Notes under the pieces: model-generated
Database searches by the model: none
Seen by the model: the letters and a program-made list of their open reading frames with translations, nothing else
What the model was told of the DNA's origin: nothing
Program-made: the position numbers and the translations under genes
Assembly: GCA_000002445.1 (NCBI GenBank)
Contig: CP000070.1
Coordinates: 928,001 to 992,000 of the forward strand
Reading direction: 5' to 3'
DNA length: 64,000 nt
Source: Trypanosoma brucei
Lineage: Eukaryota
Shown: in pieces, positions 1-12,058 of the stretch
How positions within the stretch are numbered: position 1 is the first letter of the stretch
Layout: each line of letters opens with the position of its first letter

Positions 1-1346
1 CACGTGCAAAAATGCATTTCTAACTTGTCTCGCTCGTTGTTGCTGACATTACCACCTCTCGTACGGATGTTGTTATTGTTGATTTGAGGAAAGAGACTAA
101 CCGACCCGTGGCGCAACAGGAGATACAACATCAGCGAAGGTGTGGACTGGTGCAACACATCGGCAAGGTAATCTGACATTTGCTTCACATCGCAGAGCAC
201 TTCTGCAACGCGCGCTACGGAGGAGAGCGTTGGAGTGGACAGCGTACACATTGCCAAAAATACGATGCAAAGCCGGTGATAGTCTTGTGACTCATCACAG
301 AATCGTAAAAAGGCATCAAAAGCGCCCTGTGTAAGTTGTAACCGACCAGCGTATGCATGTTTGACAAGGTCCCCGCAGTGCATTAGGCGGTCGGCTGCGG
401 AAAGAGGTACCCTTTCCTCCCGTTCCTCTGCACCACCACTCGCGGAGCACATTACTTGAATTAAATCACTGAGAAAGGCCCCCAACCGTATTGCCGATGT
501 TCCGTCCGCTGAGGGCGCATTTCGACCACTTAACAACTCAGCCCTCACAAATCCCATAATACTTCCGATGGGGGCCCTGCTCTTTAGTAAAGCTTGCCCG
601 TAGTAAACAACAAACTTACCGTCAACCGGTCCGTCGTCACGAGCGCGGTATAGCACCTCTCCAAATAACTCAACGAGTGGCCGCTCTAAAGGTGCCGGCA
701 ACTGCCGTGCCACTTTGTCCAATCCATCACAGAGGCTTGTCCACGCACTCGGGGGAACGGCACCATTCGTTACTAGAGGAGAGAGAGAAAACACAATTCG
801 CGCCGCACACTGCGGCTGCCCCTTAAGCCCATCTACAATTCGAAGGAGTGTCCACAGGGAAATTGTTGGCGAGTCCATTACAAGATCCTCCGCCAGGTCA
901 ATAATCGCCTCCGTGCGGTTGAGTTGCTGCAGACGAGTCAAGGCCTGATGTGTAGCAGCCAAACTGGGCGTAACGCCGAGCCGCCGGTCTAATGCAAACC
1001 GAGCGCTTATTTCCTCCGCGCTTCGGGGTTTCTGAAACCAATGAAGTGTTTCCATCCGCCGCTGCGCCACATCGAAACTGTCTTTCACTACATGCAGGAG
1101 GGGTTGTACCACATCACCACATTCATAACCGGGCGCATCGTCGAGACGCCTGCGTTTGTGTATTCCGAGATCATTCCACCGGGTTGCCTTCCAAGCGGTT
1201 ATCGTCGCGGAGTCACCGCTTTCGTTGTCTTCATAACTTGTTTCCGTGAAGGAACGAAAGCGTATACTTCCAGGCAGCTGTATTGCGCTGGGCACTTCCA
1301 AAGTGAGAGAAACCAACCCTCCGTCGGTGTTCCACTCGTCCTCCAT
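1..1346 (-). CDS. hypothetical protein (3'-truncated; start ATG at 1346-1344, runs off the window at position 1)
   Basis: I translated the minus strand by hand from the ATG (plus 'cat' at 1344-1346). It reads MEDEWNTDGGLVSLTLEVPS... and stays open for about 448 codons down to position 1 with no stop. GC is higher than in the flanking spacer. The overlapping short plus-strand ORFs in the track (715-948, 992-1249, 1041-1439) are antisense artefacts of this gene. I recognised no motif. Confidence 0.7.
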   Translation of the reverse strand, partial: MEDEWNTDGGLVSLTLEVPSAIQLPGSIRFRSFTETSYEDNESGDSATITAWKATRWNDLGIHKRRRLDDAPGYECGDVVQPLLHVVKDSFDVAQRRMETLHWFQKPRSAEEISARFALDRRLGVTPSLAATHQALTRLQQLNRTEAIIDLAEDLVMDSPTISLWTLLRIVDGLKGQPQCAARIVFSLSPLVTNGAVPPSAWTSLCDGLDKVARQLPAPLERPLVELFGEVLYRARDDGPVDGKFVVYYGQALLKSRAPIGSIMGFVRAELLSGRNAPSADGTSAIRLGAFLSDLIQVMCSASGGAEEREERVPLSAADRLMHCGDLVKHAYAGRLQLTQGAFDAFLRFCDESQDYHRLCIVFLAMCTLSTPTLSSVARVAEVLCDVKQMSDYLADVLHQSTPSLMLYLLLRHGSVSLFPQINNNNIRTRGGNVSNNERDKLEMHFCT

Positions 1347-1439
1347 TATTTGTTGCTACCCTCCCCCACCACAATAATAACAGCAATGATACCGCCACAA
1401 CTCCTCTACCCTTTTATATCACGGGAGGCAACTACTTAG

Positions 1440-1480
1440 CAATGGGAAAAGAAGCATAAGGAAACGAAAGAGGCAAAAAC
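1440..1480 (-). promoter_or_regulatory. candidate polypyrimidine tract and AG trans-splice acceptor for the gene starting at 1346
   Basis: The plus strand at 1440-1480 is purine-rich (aatgggaaaagaagcataaggaaacgaaagagg), so the minus strand is pyrimidine-rich. AG dinucleotides follow on the minus strand at about 1430-1436, roughly 90-130 nt upstream of the ATG. This is the typical kinetoplastid spliced-leader acceptor arrangement. I infer it from composition only. Confidence 0.3.
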
Positions 1481-4400
1481 ATGAATAAGATCAAACAAAC
1501 CGACTAAAAAGGATATAATATATATATATATTATATGCGGCAAGGGCGCGACAGCGTCTATATGATGTGCAAAAGAAGGCTATGAGAGTAAATACCAATA
1601 ACACCAGTAACAATACATTCCATAACAGAGGGAGAGAGAAGGAGTAACCAACACACTACACCCGATGCATGCCACACGTCATCGCACCGCTGCTGCACCA
1701 AACCGTAGAGAGAAGGAAAGAAAAAAAAAAAAAGTGGGTCATCCACCGTGGAGGGTTTCGCGCACTCACACAAGTAAAACAAAAAAAACAAGATCAAAAA
1801 CTCACCGTTGGAGCAGAGAAAAGAAGTTGAATGGTTTTCTTTTTTTTTTTTGCAGGGAGAAAGGCAAAGCAAAACAGAGTAAAAACAAAAGTAGTCAAAG
1901 ATATAAGTATATATATATATATATATTTATTTATTTATTTATATATCGCAGGAAAGTTAAACGGGAGAAAGCACAGTCGTTAAACAGTTCGTGCGAGCAA
2001 AAAGCCTAAAAAGAGGAAAATTGGAACAAAAACAAACGAGAGGGGACGATTGGTGATTGTGTGAGTAGGGGAAGGTACAAAGTGTTTGTGTGTTTGTGTT
2101 GTCGCTGATTTTTATGAGGTCACGAGGGAGATGAAAGGTGAAGAACGGAACTAAACAAACTCCAAAGGAAAAAAAAAAGAAAACAAATAAAAAAGTAAAA
2201 AAGAAAAAAGGAGAAAAGAAAAGCAAAGAAACCTCGTCTCATGACGTAAACGCTTAAGCGAATTGAAACTTTTATTTAAAAAAATGTTACGGCACTGCTT
2301 TCGGCACCACCGGAAGGTCCCATTTAGTCCTTTTTTTTTTTTTAATTGCCGCGTATTTCTCCTCAGTTTCGAAATTACGCAAACTACAGCTCTTTACCTA
2401 TCTATTTATTGTTTCTCTGTTCCTCAACCCAACTGTACCACCAATCAAACTGTTTTCGAGTCGAAACAAAAGCGAAAAAAAATGGAAGTTGACACCGCTG
2501 CCGCCGTCGGAACGAGAACGAAATACTGATAACAATAAACGGTGTGTGTGTGTTTGTGTGTTTTTGCGGGGTGGAGACATGAGAAGTAAAAACTTTTAGA
2601 AAATAAAATGAAAAAAAGAACACATACACAAGCACAAACAAAGTGAATGGTACTGTGGCCTCACTAACGGTGAATTGTTAGATGCAAAATGCAATAAAGT
2701 CTGCCGATGCACTTTGTTTATGAATATAAACACAAATACCGTAATGGAAGTGAGGAAGGAAGTAATAACAATACCAACATTGAAGGGGGAAAAAAAGAGA
2801 GGTAAAGTAAAGCAAGAAGACGGAGTATAAAACGTGTGTTTCATGGAATTTGGCGCTACGTTGTTTTTCTTTCCCCCCCCCCACACAGCGGCCACGGTAA
2901 AAGAAAAAGTTGAAGAGGAAGGACAAGAGGTACAAAGACAAAACACAGCAGAGAACCGGTAAAGAAAAAGAAAAAAAAGAGAAGTGAAATATGAAAGTGC
3001 TTCACTTTTTTTTTTTAATTAATATCACGCATCAATGCCTTCCTTTTTTCTTTTTCCTTTTTTTAAAAAAAAGGAAAAATGCTGTTGTTGTTTACCTTTT
3101 TCCAGCGGGTATTAAACTCTAATGGGGAACATTTACAAGTTTTCCTACTTTCTCTCCTCTCCCTCAATTCCTCCTCTTTCCCCTTAGGGGCGTGCGCCTA
3201 TGCACGAGAGGAAAAAAATGGAGGGGGGAAAAAAAAAAGCTGCGGCCGCTTCACACTCCATTTCCAAATTCTGAAATCACACGAACTTGTTTTGGTACAC
3301 CATTACACCTCAATGAGCACAGAAGGAAAAGAAAAAAGGAAAGAAAACAACAACAACACACAAACAGACACACACACATACACGTGCAAACAAAACAAAA
3401 CAAAGACACAATTCGCAAAACATTGAAAACTAACAATACTATTTGTCTTCGTGTACGCGCGTGCCGCAGAGAGAATACAAGAAGGAACGAGCGGTGGTGG
3501 GGATGAATAAGACATACACCAAACGAAAATATTATGCGGCAGACGAATGAGGAAATACAACGAAAGAAAGAAAAAAAAAGAAAATATACTAAAAAGAACC
3601 TCCCTTTCCTCCAGCGCCTTTCCTTTAGTTAGACGTTTCATATCATGTCAGCATCGTTCCCGTGATATTGAATTTCTCCTCGTATCGTAAACGTTAAGTT
3701 CGCACCGCATCTTTCCATACATACATACATTCGCTTCTTTTTTTTTTCTTCCTTTCGCTCGTTCATTCTTGAATTATTATTATTTAATATTTTATATTAT
3801 TTTTACCTTTTACATTTGTATTATTTCCTTCCCTTCCTCACCCCATTTCAACGGTTTCAACACACACACACAAACACATACTGTAGAAGCCACCAACTTT
3901 CCCCTCTTTCTTCGTAACAAAGAAGTTATGAAACAGAAAACTACGGCATGGAATCGTATGAGCGCTAGAACACGTTTCCTCCTCCTCCCTCCGAAAAAAA
4001 AGTAGAAAATGACGAAAAAGACAAAAAAAATATCTAAACGCAACGAAACCGACATATTTCTTCTTCCATCTCCTCTCCTTTTGTCGATGAGCTGTATCTT
4101 TCCACGTCCCTGAAAAAGAGAGAGAGAGGAGTAAACTGACTCAATACGGTATTTCTTTTCTCTTCTTTTCTTTTCTTTCCTTTCCTTTTCCTTTTCTTCT
4201 TCTGTCCACCTTCATGGGGTTTCCACTCGTTTAACTTTTTTTTTCTTGTTTTTCCACATCTTCTCTTTCATTTAGTTATTAGCATACAAACCATACGTAT
4301 CTTTAAAGTATATATATATATATATATACGAGTAAATAGAGTACAATATAAAATACTAATTTGGACTCTGTTCCGTCAAGTCCCGCTCTCAACGATGAAA

Positions 4401-5092
4401 ACAACATCCGCTCGTGGTCTCGTTCACTCCTATTCTTTATTCTCTTTATTTATTTATTTTCTTTAATGCACGTCTGTTTGCATTGATACCAGTGACAGCA
4501 TTCGGCATATCCTCACTTTCCTTCGCATCACCTCCTGAAAGCGCACAACATTGAAAGCATACAGTAAACAAGGGCACATCTCATGAAGATAAAACGCGGA
4601 GAATTGTGAGAAGGAAAAAGAAAAAGAAAAAGAAACAAAAACAAAAACAAAAACAAAAAAGATAAGAAAGAGCAGCAACGACAAAGCACATGAAAGTGAT
4701 CATGGCACACACACACACATATATAAACATACATCCTCCTCCTCTCCTTCCCTCTGCATCAAAAAGTTTCAACTACCCAAATTACACACACAACTAACGT
4801 CCTCCACAACACCTAACCTATCTATTTCATTGTACACAATCCATACGAGTCGCAACTGAGGGGTGGAGCCATGTAAAAAAAAAAACTACTACAACAGCGG
4901 CACCATATTCCTTTACTTACACCGCGTACTCACTGAGACTACTAATGACAGCAATTACAAAATAATAATAACAATAACAACAACACCCAACACGTAACCA
5001 ATGAGATGAGACGAAATGCAGATATTACTATTCTCCTCTTTCCTCCCATGCTACACACACACAAATACACGAATGCACAGACACATGTATGT

Positions 5093-6883
5093 TCAAGTAG
5101 CATTCCGCCTTGCGCGCTCCAACGTTGCGCGCTGTAACATCGCCCTAATGTCTAATTGTTGAACCCCAGCTAAATATGGCAGTGGAGCCGGCGCATTTGG
5201 TTGGTGAAGGAATGGATTCAAGCGTAATGCGGTGTTACCGGTCTCCTGCTGACTGCGTTTGTGAGCCCGGTGTTCCGCGAGTCGTTGAAGAATTATACTG
5301 TTCGGTACAACACTCGGTTGCGCGGTGCCCCGACATCCGATGGCGTTGATATTGTGACCTGTCGGGCCGTACTCGCTACTTTGTGGAGGTGCTGCAACAA
5401 CATTTTGGCCATTTTGTCGTCCAGGCCCCAGGATCGCAGTGAAGTGTCGAGCGCTGTTGGGAACTATAGACGGAGCGTTGCTGGGGCTGACACCGGCGTT
5501 ACGCGGCCCAGAAGGCACACACATTGGGTTTGGAGCGGAGGAGTTTTGCTTCACCACTCCATTACCGGACACACTAGATGAGTTGTAGCCGCCATTAAAC
5601 TTTTTGTAATTAATGTACAGGTGCTTCGGTTGCAGTTGTTGCTTTTTGGCACCCGCGTCACGATCCTGGGAGGGGAGCCGGGCCCCATTGAGCTGCTGCG
5701 AAGGTTGCAACGACGGTGTCTGTTGTTGTTGTTGTTGTTGTTGCTGCTGCTGCTGCTGCTGGAAGTGGTCATTTTGCTGTGGCGTCTGCTGCTTCTGTCG
5801 CTGGTCGAGTTGTGGCAATTTCGGTGACAATCCTTCTGATATATCCGTCACCAACGGTGGAGAGCTCCCTCCTGCCGGGATCGGGGACGGCAGTTTCGAC
5901 GGTTTTGTTATTACCTCGGGCGATAATGGTGTTAAGCACTGCGTGCGGTCCCTAGCCGGTAACGTAGTCGGCGCAGCAGGGGGAACTACCGCCGACTTCC
6001 GAAGTGCTGCCACTTGCGACGGAAGTAATCCGTTACGCAGCAGAGTTTCGATGTAATCCTTAGGCATCACATCAGACAGCATCCACTCCCTCAATCTCCG
6101 GTGAATCACAGGGAGATCGAGGAGATCTGACAAACGAATGCGGTGCGCGGGATCTCTGGTTAGCAGACGCGGTACAATATTACGTAACTCCGTCGTATAT
6201 AGTGGAGGAATCGGCTCGTACTGCAGTTTAAGGATCCGCTGCATTAGCCCTTTCATACTTGTCGCGTTGAAGGGGTGCTTCAGCGTCAACAGCTCATACA
6301 CAATAACACCTAATGCCCACACATCGCTACGGTGGTCATATGGACGTTCCATAATGAGCTCTGGTGATAAATAATACGGTGTTCCTACAAATGTTTTGGC
6401 TTGATCGTATGTGCCACTAAGGGTTCGAGCAATACCAAAGTCTCCCAGCTTCAGGATATTCTGGCTGGTTAAAAACACATTCTGCGATTTGACGTCACGA
6501 TGAAGCACCTTACGTTTGTGCACGTAGGACAGACTAAGCGCTAACTGAATAATCCAATCGATAACCTGTGTTTCACGGAAGTTCACCCCATATGATTTCT
6601 TGATGCGGGAACTCAGGTCACCGCCATCTGCGTACTCCATCACAATGCAAATGTAATCGGATTTGTTGGTAAGGAAACTGTCCACATAATTAATCACATT
6701 CGGGTGTTGAAGCGATTTCAGCAGGTGTGCCTCGTTAAGGCTCTGCTGGCGCTCTTTTCTATTCATCTTCGTAAGGTCCACCTGCTTGATTACGTAGAGC
6801 TTGCCGTCTTCGTTATTGCGCACAAGGACGCAGGCGCCCATGTTCCCTTTCCCAATATTACGGACCTTAGTAAACCTATCCAT
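5093..6883 (-). CDS. NEK (NIMA-related) serine/threonine protein kinase with a long low-complexity, poly-Q-containing C-terminal region
   Basis: The ATG is verified (plus 'cat' at 6881-6883). The N-terminus is the kinase domain itself: subdomain I IGKGNMGACVLV, VIKQ, HRDVKSQNVFLT, DFGIAR and GTPYYLSPE. HRD(V/I)KSQN plus GTPYYLSPE is the NEK-family signature. The C-terminal 300 aa are low-complexity (P/S/Q/N-rich) and include a run of 15 Q. Confidence 0.9.
   Translation of the reverse strand: MDRFTKVRNIGKGNMGACVLVRNNEDGKLYVIKQVDLTKMNRKERQQSLNEAHLLKSLQHPNVINYVDSFLTNKSDYICIVMEYADGGDLSSRIKKSYGVNFRETQVIDWIIQLALSLSYVHKRKVLHRDVKSQNVFLTSQNILKLGDFGIARTLSGTYDQAKTFVGTPYYLSPELIMERPYDHRSDVWALGVIVYELLTLKHPFNATSMKGLMQRILKLQYEPIPPLYTTELRNIVPRLLTRDPAHRIRLSDLLDLPVIHRRLREWMLSDVMPKDYIETLLRNGLLPSQVAALRKSAVVPPAAPTTLPARDRTQCLTPLSPEVITKPSKLPSPIPAGGSSPPLVTDISEGLSPKLPQLDQRQKQQTPQQNDHFQQQQQQQQQQQQQQTPSLQPSQQLNGARLPSQDRDAGAKKQQLQPKHLYINYKKFNGGYNSSSVSGNGVVKQNSSAPNPMCVPSGPRNAGVSPSNAPSIVPNSARHFTAILGPGRQNGQNVVAAPPQSSEYGPTGHNINAIGCRGTAQPSVVPNSIILQRLAEHRAHKRSQQETGNTALRLNPFLHQPNAPAPLPYLAGVQQLDIRAMLQRATLERARRNAT
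5721..5759. repeat. (TTG)n(CTG)n compound trinucleotide repeat, read as (CAA/CAG)n on the coding strand. It encodes the poly-Q run inside the NEK kinase CDS.
   Basis: I read tgttgttgttgttgttgttgttgctgctgctgctgctgct directly from the sequence. Confidence 0.9.
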
Positions 6884-7497
6884 TTCCCTTTAGTCTACGT
6901 GAAGCCTATTTTCTTCAGTGGAGAAGGTGCACTCTTGCGCCCCTTTTTGTCCTCTCCTTCTTTTACCTCCTTTCTCTCGTTTAAATACACGTGTCTAATA
7001 TATATATATATATATATATGTCGGTGGGTGGGTTTGTCAATGGAAATGGGCCGCCCGTTCTTCTTTCACTCTTGGGTTTGGCACGCTTCAACCAGTGCTA
7101 GCGTACTCAACGATCCGAAGAAAGAGATGACTCCGGTCCGCTAAAATGCCTTGCGCGCTTTTCTGTGTATGTGTAAAACGGATGCGAGAAATATAACACC
7201 CACAACCCTTAACAACCCCAACGAGTCACACCCTAAAGTAATAGAAGAGGAGTAGACAGGTTCCTTTTCTTTTTTTTTATATTTTTCTGCCTTCCCAACC
7301 CTCTTTTCGACCTGGGCCGGACGTTTGGTAAGAGGAGAGGAACCAACGAATACGAAGACGCGCCCTCCGCTGTCTGATGGTTGACCAATAACTGACTGGT
7401 TACCCCCTCAAGAATTGAGGCGCCAGGGGGTACAGCACCCTTTAGCGAAGCAGATGCCACACAGCAACTATATCAAGGGTTCAATATATTTATGTAT

Positions 7498-7533
<36 letters not shown>

Positions 7534-8437
7534 CGAGTGAAGGATATGCGTGGACGCAGAACCTTGAAAGGAGAGTAATATATATATATATATATATATA
7601 TACTCAGCAACAGGAAGAATCTCCCTGGCCTCCCTCTCCTTCTCTAACACGTGAGTACCTGTTTTAAGAAAAGAGGAGAAAAGCAAAAGCAAAAAAAAGA
7701 GTTAGCAAAGAGGACAAACAGGACACAGAAGCACTCGCACTTTGGTTCACAAGGCGGGGAAACAATAAATTGGACACGTGCACGCCACTGTACTCACATG
7801 CAAATGTGTAGACAGAAACAGGACATACTACGCCAACATGTAGCGACACCGACGGCGCTCCACGTGGGGTCACGTTTCACAGGCTGGTGACACCCTTCCC
7901 GCATCCCGTTCCTCTCTTCCTTAAATTCGTTTTCTCTTCCTCCTAAACATCTTTCCCTTCGTAGGGATGCATCCGTGCGCCAAGCAAACTAAAATGTATG
8001 CGCTATCCGTGTCTGATGGAATAGAGGAATATATATATAGAAAGAGAGAAAGTATCAACTCGTTTTCTTTTTTTTTTTTGTTATTCCCCATCCCCACTCC
8101 CCTTCCCTTCTTACTGTCACTATCACTAATACAATTGTCATCCCCTCTTTCCCTCCTACGTTTTGAAGCCTTCGGCATCAGGCACATGTTCCGCTTGTCA
8201 TAGTTTGGAGGTTGTGGTCAAAAGGCGGCTGTGACCTTTAATATACTTGCATAACAAGCCGGAGCGACCGCATGCACTCCAACCGCACAAACGAAAGCGG
8301 TTTTCGTACATTTAACGAAATAATAAAAAAAAACACCCATATCCTCCTGCCGTCTTTTTTTTTTTTACACGGAACACAACCAAAAGTCAATCGCACTGAA
8401 AGGGTAAACGGTATTGTTGGATGTACACACAACGTTA

Positions 8438-8893
8438 CTAATTCACTATCAAATGCAGGACAGCAAGCGTGGCTAGTGCCGATATTAGCAACCTGCAATG
8501 AGTTTGTAGATAGAGCCAATAAGCAATAAACACCAACACTGCCGTGTGAGCGCAGCTGTTTCCATTGAATCCAAGCGTAGCGAACCCACATCCCCATAAC
8601 ATGAAGCAGACAAAAACAAACCCCGATATCACACGATCCACAACCGATTCCGTCGCCTGTTCTCCAGCTATCCAGTGCCGCATGAACAACTTCCCGGGGA
8701 CGACAGCAGAGACGGGCCGGTATTCCTGCTGCTGTTGGAGTGCTTTCATTTCCTCTTCAGTAAGCGATCGGGAAAAGACGTTGCTGAAATCGTGTCTCGT
8801 TAGGCCGTGACGGCCGTGGCGTATTGATACGTTGCAGTTCGAGAGACCCCAACGTGCGATAATGCCACCGGCTGGAGCTGCGCGGCGAAGCAT
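8438..8893 (-). CDS. small hypothetical protein (151 aa) with an arginine-rich N-terminus and two predicted transmembrane helices; possibly a mitochondrial membrane protein
   Basis: The first in-frame ATG is verified (plus 'cat' at 8891-8893). It gives MLRRAAPAGGIIARWGLSNCNVSIRHGRHG..., which is R-rich and free of acidic residues. The C-terminal half has two hydrophobic segments (VISGFVFVCFMLWGCGFATLGF and AVLVFIAYWLYLQTHCRLLISALATLAVLHLIV). Local GC is elevated relative to the spacers. The track ORF (8438-9067) carries a 58-aa low-complexity N-terminal extension that I discard. The product is uncertain. Confidence 0.45.
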   Translation of the reverse strand: MLRRAAPAGGIIARWGLSNCNVSIRHGRHGLTRHDFSNVFSRSLTEEEMKALQQQQEYRPVSAVVPGKLFMRHWIAGEQATESVVDRVISGFVFVCFMLWGCGFATLGFNGNSCAHTAVLVFIAYWLYLQTHCRLLISALATLAVLHLIVN

Positions 8894-9610
8894 ATGATTG
8901 GTTTTTCTTTTTTGTAAAAAAAAAACAAACAAACTTTTTTTTTCCTTTTCTTTTGAGCTATGCCGAGTGTAGTATCGAAAAACTGTCCCCGCAGGCAATG
9001 TGGTGGAGGCGGGCGTCACACAGACGAGATGATAACAGAGGTAATAAAAGAAATAGTAAATAAGCACAATGATGGAAGCCTCTTATGCGGTAAAAAAAAA
9101 AATCGGATGTGAGACAAAGTGTCTCGAGGTCAAATACTGTTTGAAAGTGTTGCAGCGCGGGAAAGTCAGTGAAAAGAAATAGCTGTCAATCAATATATAA
9201 AAAAAACAAAGCAAAAGAAAGAACTACCAAACAAATGCGCCTACAAATAAACATTCACAGTTATATGTATATACGCATGTACGGACAGCTTCATCTGTGG
9301 TGTTTTCTTTTGGTGTTCACGCCTTCTTTCTTCCTCCCCTGCTCATCACGCAGTGTGCAGAAGCACAAAGAGTTGAGTGTGTGTATAGTATATACCGCAC
9401 AGTAAAACAACAACAAAATAATAATGGCGGAAGGAAGTAAACAATGTATATAAATAAGCACATCACAATGGTATATAAGCGGTGCATTTGATAGCGCCAC
9501 TATACGTGTATACACAAAGGAAAAAATAACAGTAGTTGTTATTATTGCGCGGTGGGCCATCCCACAAATGACCGCAAGTCTCTTGTTCCGCATCAACATT
9601 TATACACCCA

Positions 9611-10288
9611 CTAGGCCACTGCTCGGGTTCCCTTTCGGTTAAACATGCGCTTGATGAGCAACACTTGCAGAGTACAAACAAAAAGGATGACCGCTGTCTC
9701 GGCTACACCACGGAATAGCACCAATTTCTTACTTTCTTGCACTTTCTTCCGTAAATGTTCTTCACGGAGTCTGAAAATCATCTGGTCGTCATGCATGGCC
9801 AACATGAACCGGTCCGAGCCATCCATCATTCGCATGAGTGGATCGATTCGATCCTTCCAGCGCTTGAGGGACGTCATCCCAACGCTCATTTTCACTGTCT
9901 TGATGCTTCCCGTGTACGGCCTGTTGTCTACACAATACGAATACTCGCCAAGCACTCGCTTAGTGAAGTACACACGTTCCTCATCTGCGTGTTCACCAGC
10001 GTATGAGACATAAACCGTTCTGTTGTCCGGGTCGCGGATGTAAAAGTCAAAATCATTGCCACCACGGAGGGAGTGGTAATGAAACATCACTCCTTCACGT
10101 CGATGAACACCATGTGAATACATGCAAACTTCCTCATTATTTATGTCTATGGAAAGTTGCTGTTCTGTGGGCCGCACGCGGACGGCATCAACGCCTCCCG
10201 TGTACGTAGCAAAATAGAAACACACCATCACCAGAGATGAGATTTGCAATGAGTCACGGTGCGAGTTCGTCGTACCACTGCGGTACAT
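9611..10288 (-). CDS. p24/emp24/gp25L-family (GOLD-domain) cargo receptor
   Basis: The track start at 10354 is GTG (plus 'cac' at 10352-10354). The first ATG is at 10288 (MYRSGTTNSHRDSLQISSLVMVCFYFATYTGGVDA), which looks like a signal peptide. A GOLD-like beta-rich domain follows, then a coiled-coil stretch, then a single C-terminal TM (AVILFVCTLQVLLI) and a short basic tail (KRMFNRKGTRAVA). That is the canonical p24 architecture. An alternative start is the ATG at 10228. Confidence 0.75.
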   Translation of the reverse strand: MYRSGTTNSHRDSLQISSLVMVCFYFATYTGGVDAVRVRPTEQQLSIDINNEEVCMYSHGVHRREGVMFHYHSLRGGNDFDFYIRDPDNRTVYVSYAGEHADEERVYFTKRVLGEYSYCVDNRPYTGSIKTVKMSVGMTSLKRWKDRIDPLMRMMDGSDRFMLAMHDDQMIFRLREEHLRKKVQESKKLVLFRGVAETAVILFVCTLQVLLIKRMFNRKGTRAVA

Positions 10289-10792
10289 CTCTGAAAATCT
10301 TTTAAAGTTATATTTCTTTCTACTTCGCCCACTTCTACCCTCACTTTTATTCACTTTGAGTTATTGAATGCTTCCACCAGCGTTTGAGGCGGGAAAATGG
10401 GCAATTGCACGACCGTGTAGCGATTGCAGCGGACGGTGGCAAATCTTACAGCTGCAAAAGGGTGCAGAGAAAATGGAAAACGAAGAAAAAACAAAATGAA
10501 AGAGGGAAAAAGATACGGAGCCGGAGATAGAGAAGAGAAAAAAAAACAGGGAAGAATAGCCTGCATAGCGGTGGCAGACATACACCTTTCGTGCAACTGC
10601 AGAATAAGGAAGAAATGATATCTCCAAAGAGACCAGTTGTACCAACCTCTAGTACAGAGGAATTAGGTGCACTATCCCCCCAGTAGAGTACATGCATATA
10701 AAACAAGGCACATAAGAAAAATGTTGTACATCAAAACACATTTACAGGTGATGAGAACGCGGTTCTCTCAAGGGTCCATTATACGTCTTGGC

Positions 10793-12058
10793 TCACGGGA
10801 CGTTGGTACTAATCATGTACTTATCAGCGATGAACTTTGGATGGCACAAGTCCATTACACAGTCCTTTCCATCATCACTAACGGATTCATCGGGCTCCTC
10901 GCGCCATTTAGCAATTGCCGTGTCCACGAGTGCCCGCTGGAGTTCTACATGTGTTGTGCCGAAACTCTTGCAGTCATCATCCGGGAGCCGGTCGAGTAAC
11001 TGAAGCAGCGGCAACCACCCAATCGAACCATCAGTGTGGACGACATCCAAGCAATTCATTAGAAGCTCATGCCGCTTAATCTCTTCACGGAACGTGGAAG
11101 CGGGAACGGTGTAAGTTGGCATGATATCTTCCATAGCACGCCGCACATCAGCGCAAAGTTCGCAAACTTCCGGCACGTACTCACCGAAGACAGATTTGAA
11201 GGCACCCAACATGATATCTACATCAACGAGTGAAATGACGCTGTTGTTCAGCGTGCGCTCCTCCATTATGTATTTGCAGCGCACAAGGATTAGTACATCA
11301 ACTTCTTCGAATATCAGGCTTACACTGGCGATAAGGTCTTCAAAGCTAATGCAGTCTTGGGTGTTCCAATAAAGAAAGCGAAACAAGTATTCTACCTCGT
11401 CTTTGTCTAGCAATTCCTCACCAAACAAACAACCCACCAAATGTGAGAATTCATCAACTGTAACCTCACGCATTCCTAACCGCCGACCCTCAGCACGCAG
11501 TTTCTGCAGAACTTCTCCCCGCTCCATCTCCCGCAACCGGGCTGCAATGGTATTGTTTTTAAGAAATAAATCGGACGAGAGACATGGCAGTAGTGTGATC
11601 ATTGTACCGCGTAGCAACCTGGGTGACGAACTGTCGTCCATAAACGGGAAAAGGTGTTCTGGCATTACGCTTGCCCTTGAGGAGGGGCTACTTTCATGCT
11701 GTGATGTAAGTAGCCTGCAAAGGTTCGGCTCACCGTGGAGTCTTGCTTCAAAAAGATCCAAATTGTTAATGACACCCGATGCGGCATCATTGGAACCCGG
11801 GTATTGAGAAATGGTGATCTCAAAGTCTCTCCCAGTCGAATCCTTTGTCGGAGGAACAGAAACCGACGCATCGGGAATGTTCTGAGGTGATTTGTTTATT
11901 CGTGACCGCTTACGCCACTGGATCGGTTCGGCAGGCGAAATAACACGACATACTGGCCTCGGTGGCTCATGCATCACCGTTCCAACCGTGCGGATGACAG
12001 GTAGCTTTAGCGACTCATGCGATTTACCAAATGGTCGCCCGCCGCTCCTAGAGGACAT
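10793..12058 (-). CDS. hypothetical protein (421 aa)
   Basis: The track start at 12061 is TTG, and the next codon is ATG (plus 'cat' at 12056-12058). It is a long uninterrupted ORF with normal amino-acid composition. I recognised no catalytic motif. Confidence 0.7.
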   Translation of the reverse strand: MSSRSGGRPFGKSHESLKLPVIRTVGTVMHEPPRPVCRVISPAEPIQWRKRSRINKSPQNIPDASVSVPPTKDSTGRDFEITISQYPGSNDAASGVINNLDLFEARLHGEPNLCRLLTSQHESSPSSRASVMPEHLFPFMDDSSSPRLLRGTMITLLPCLSSDLFLKNNTIAARLREMERGEVLQKLRAEGRRLGMREVTVDEFSHLVGCLFGEELLDKDEVEYLFRFLYWNTQDCISFEDLIASVSLIFEEVDVLILVRCKYIMEERTLNNSVISLVDVDIMLGAFKSVFGEYVPEVCELCADVRRAMEDIMPTYTVPASTFREEIKRHELLMNCLDVVHTDGSIGWLPLLQLLDRLPDDDCKSFGTTHVELQRALVDTAIAKWREEPDESVSDDGKDCVMDLCHPKFIADKYMISTNVP

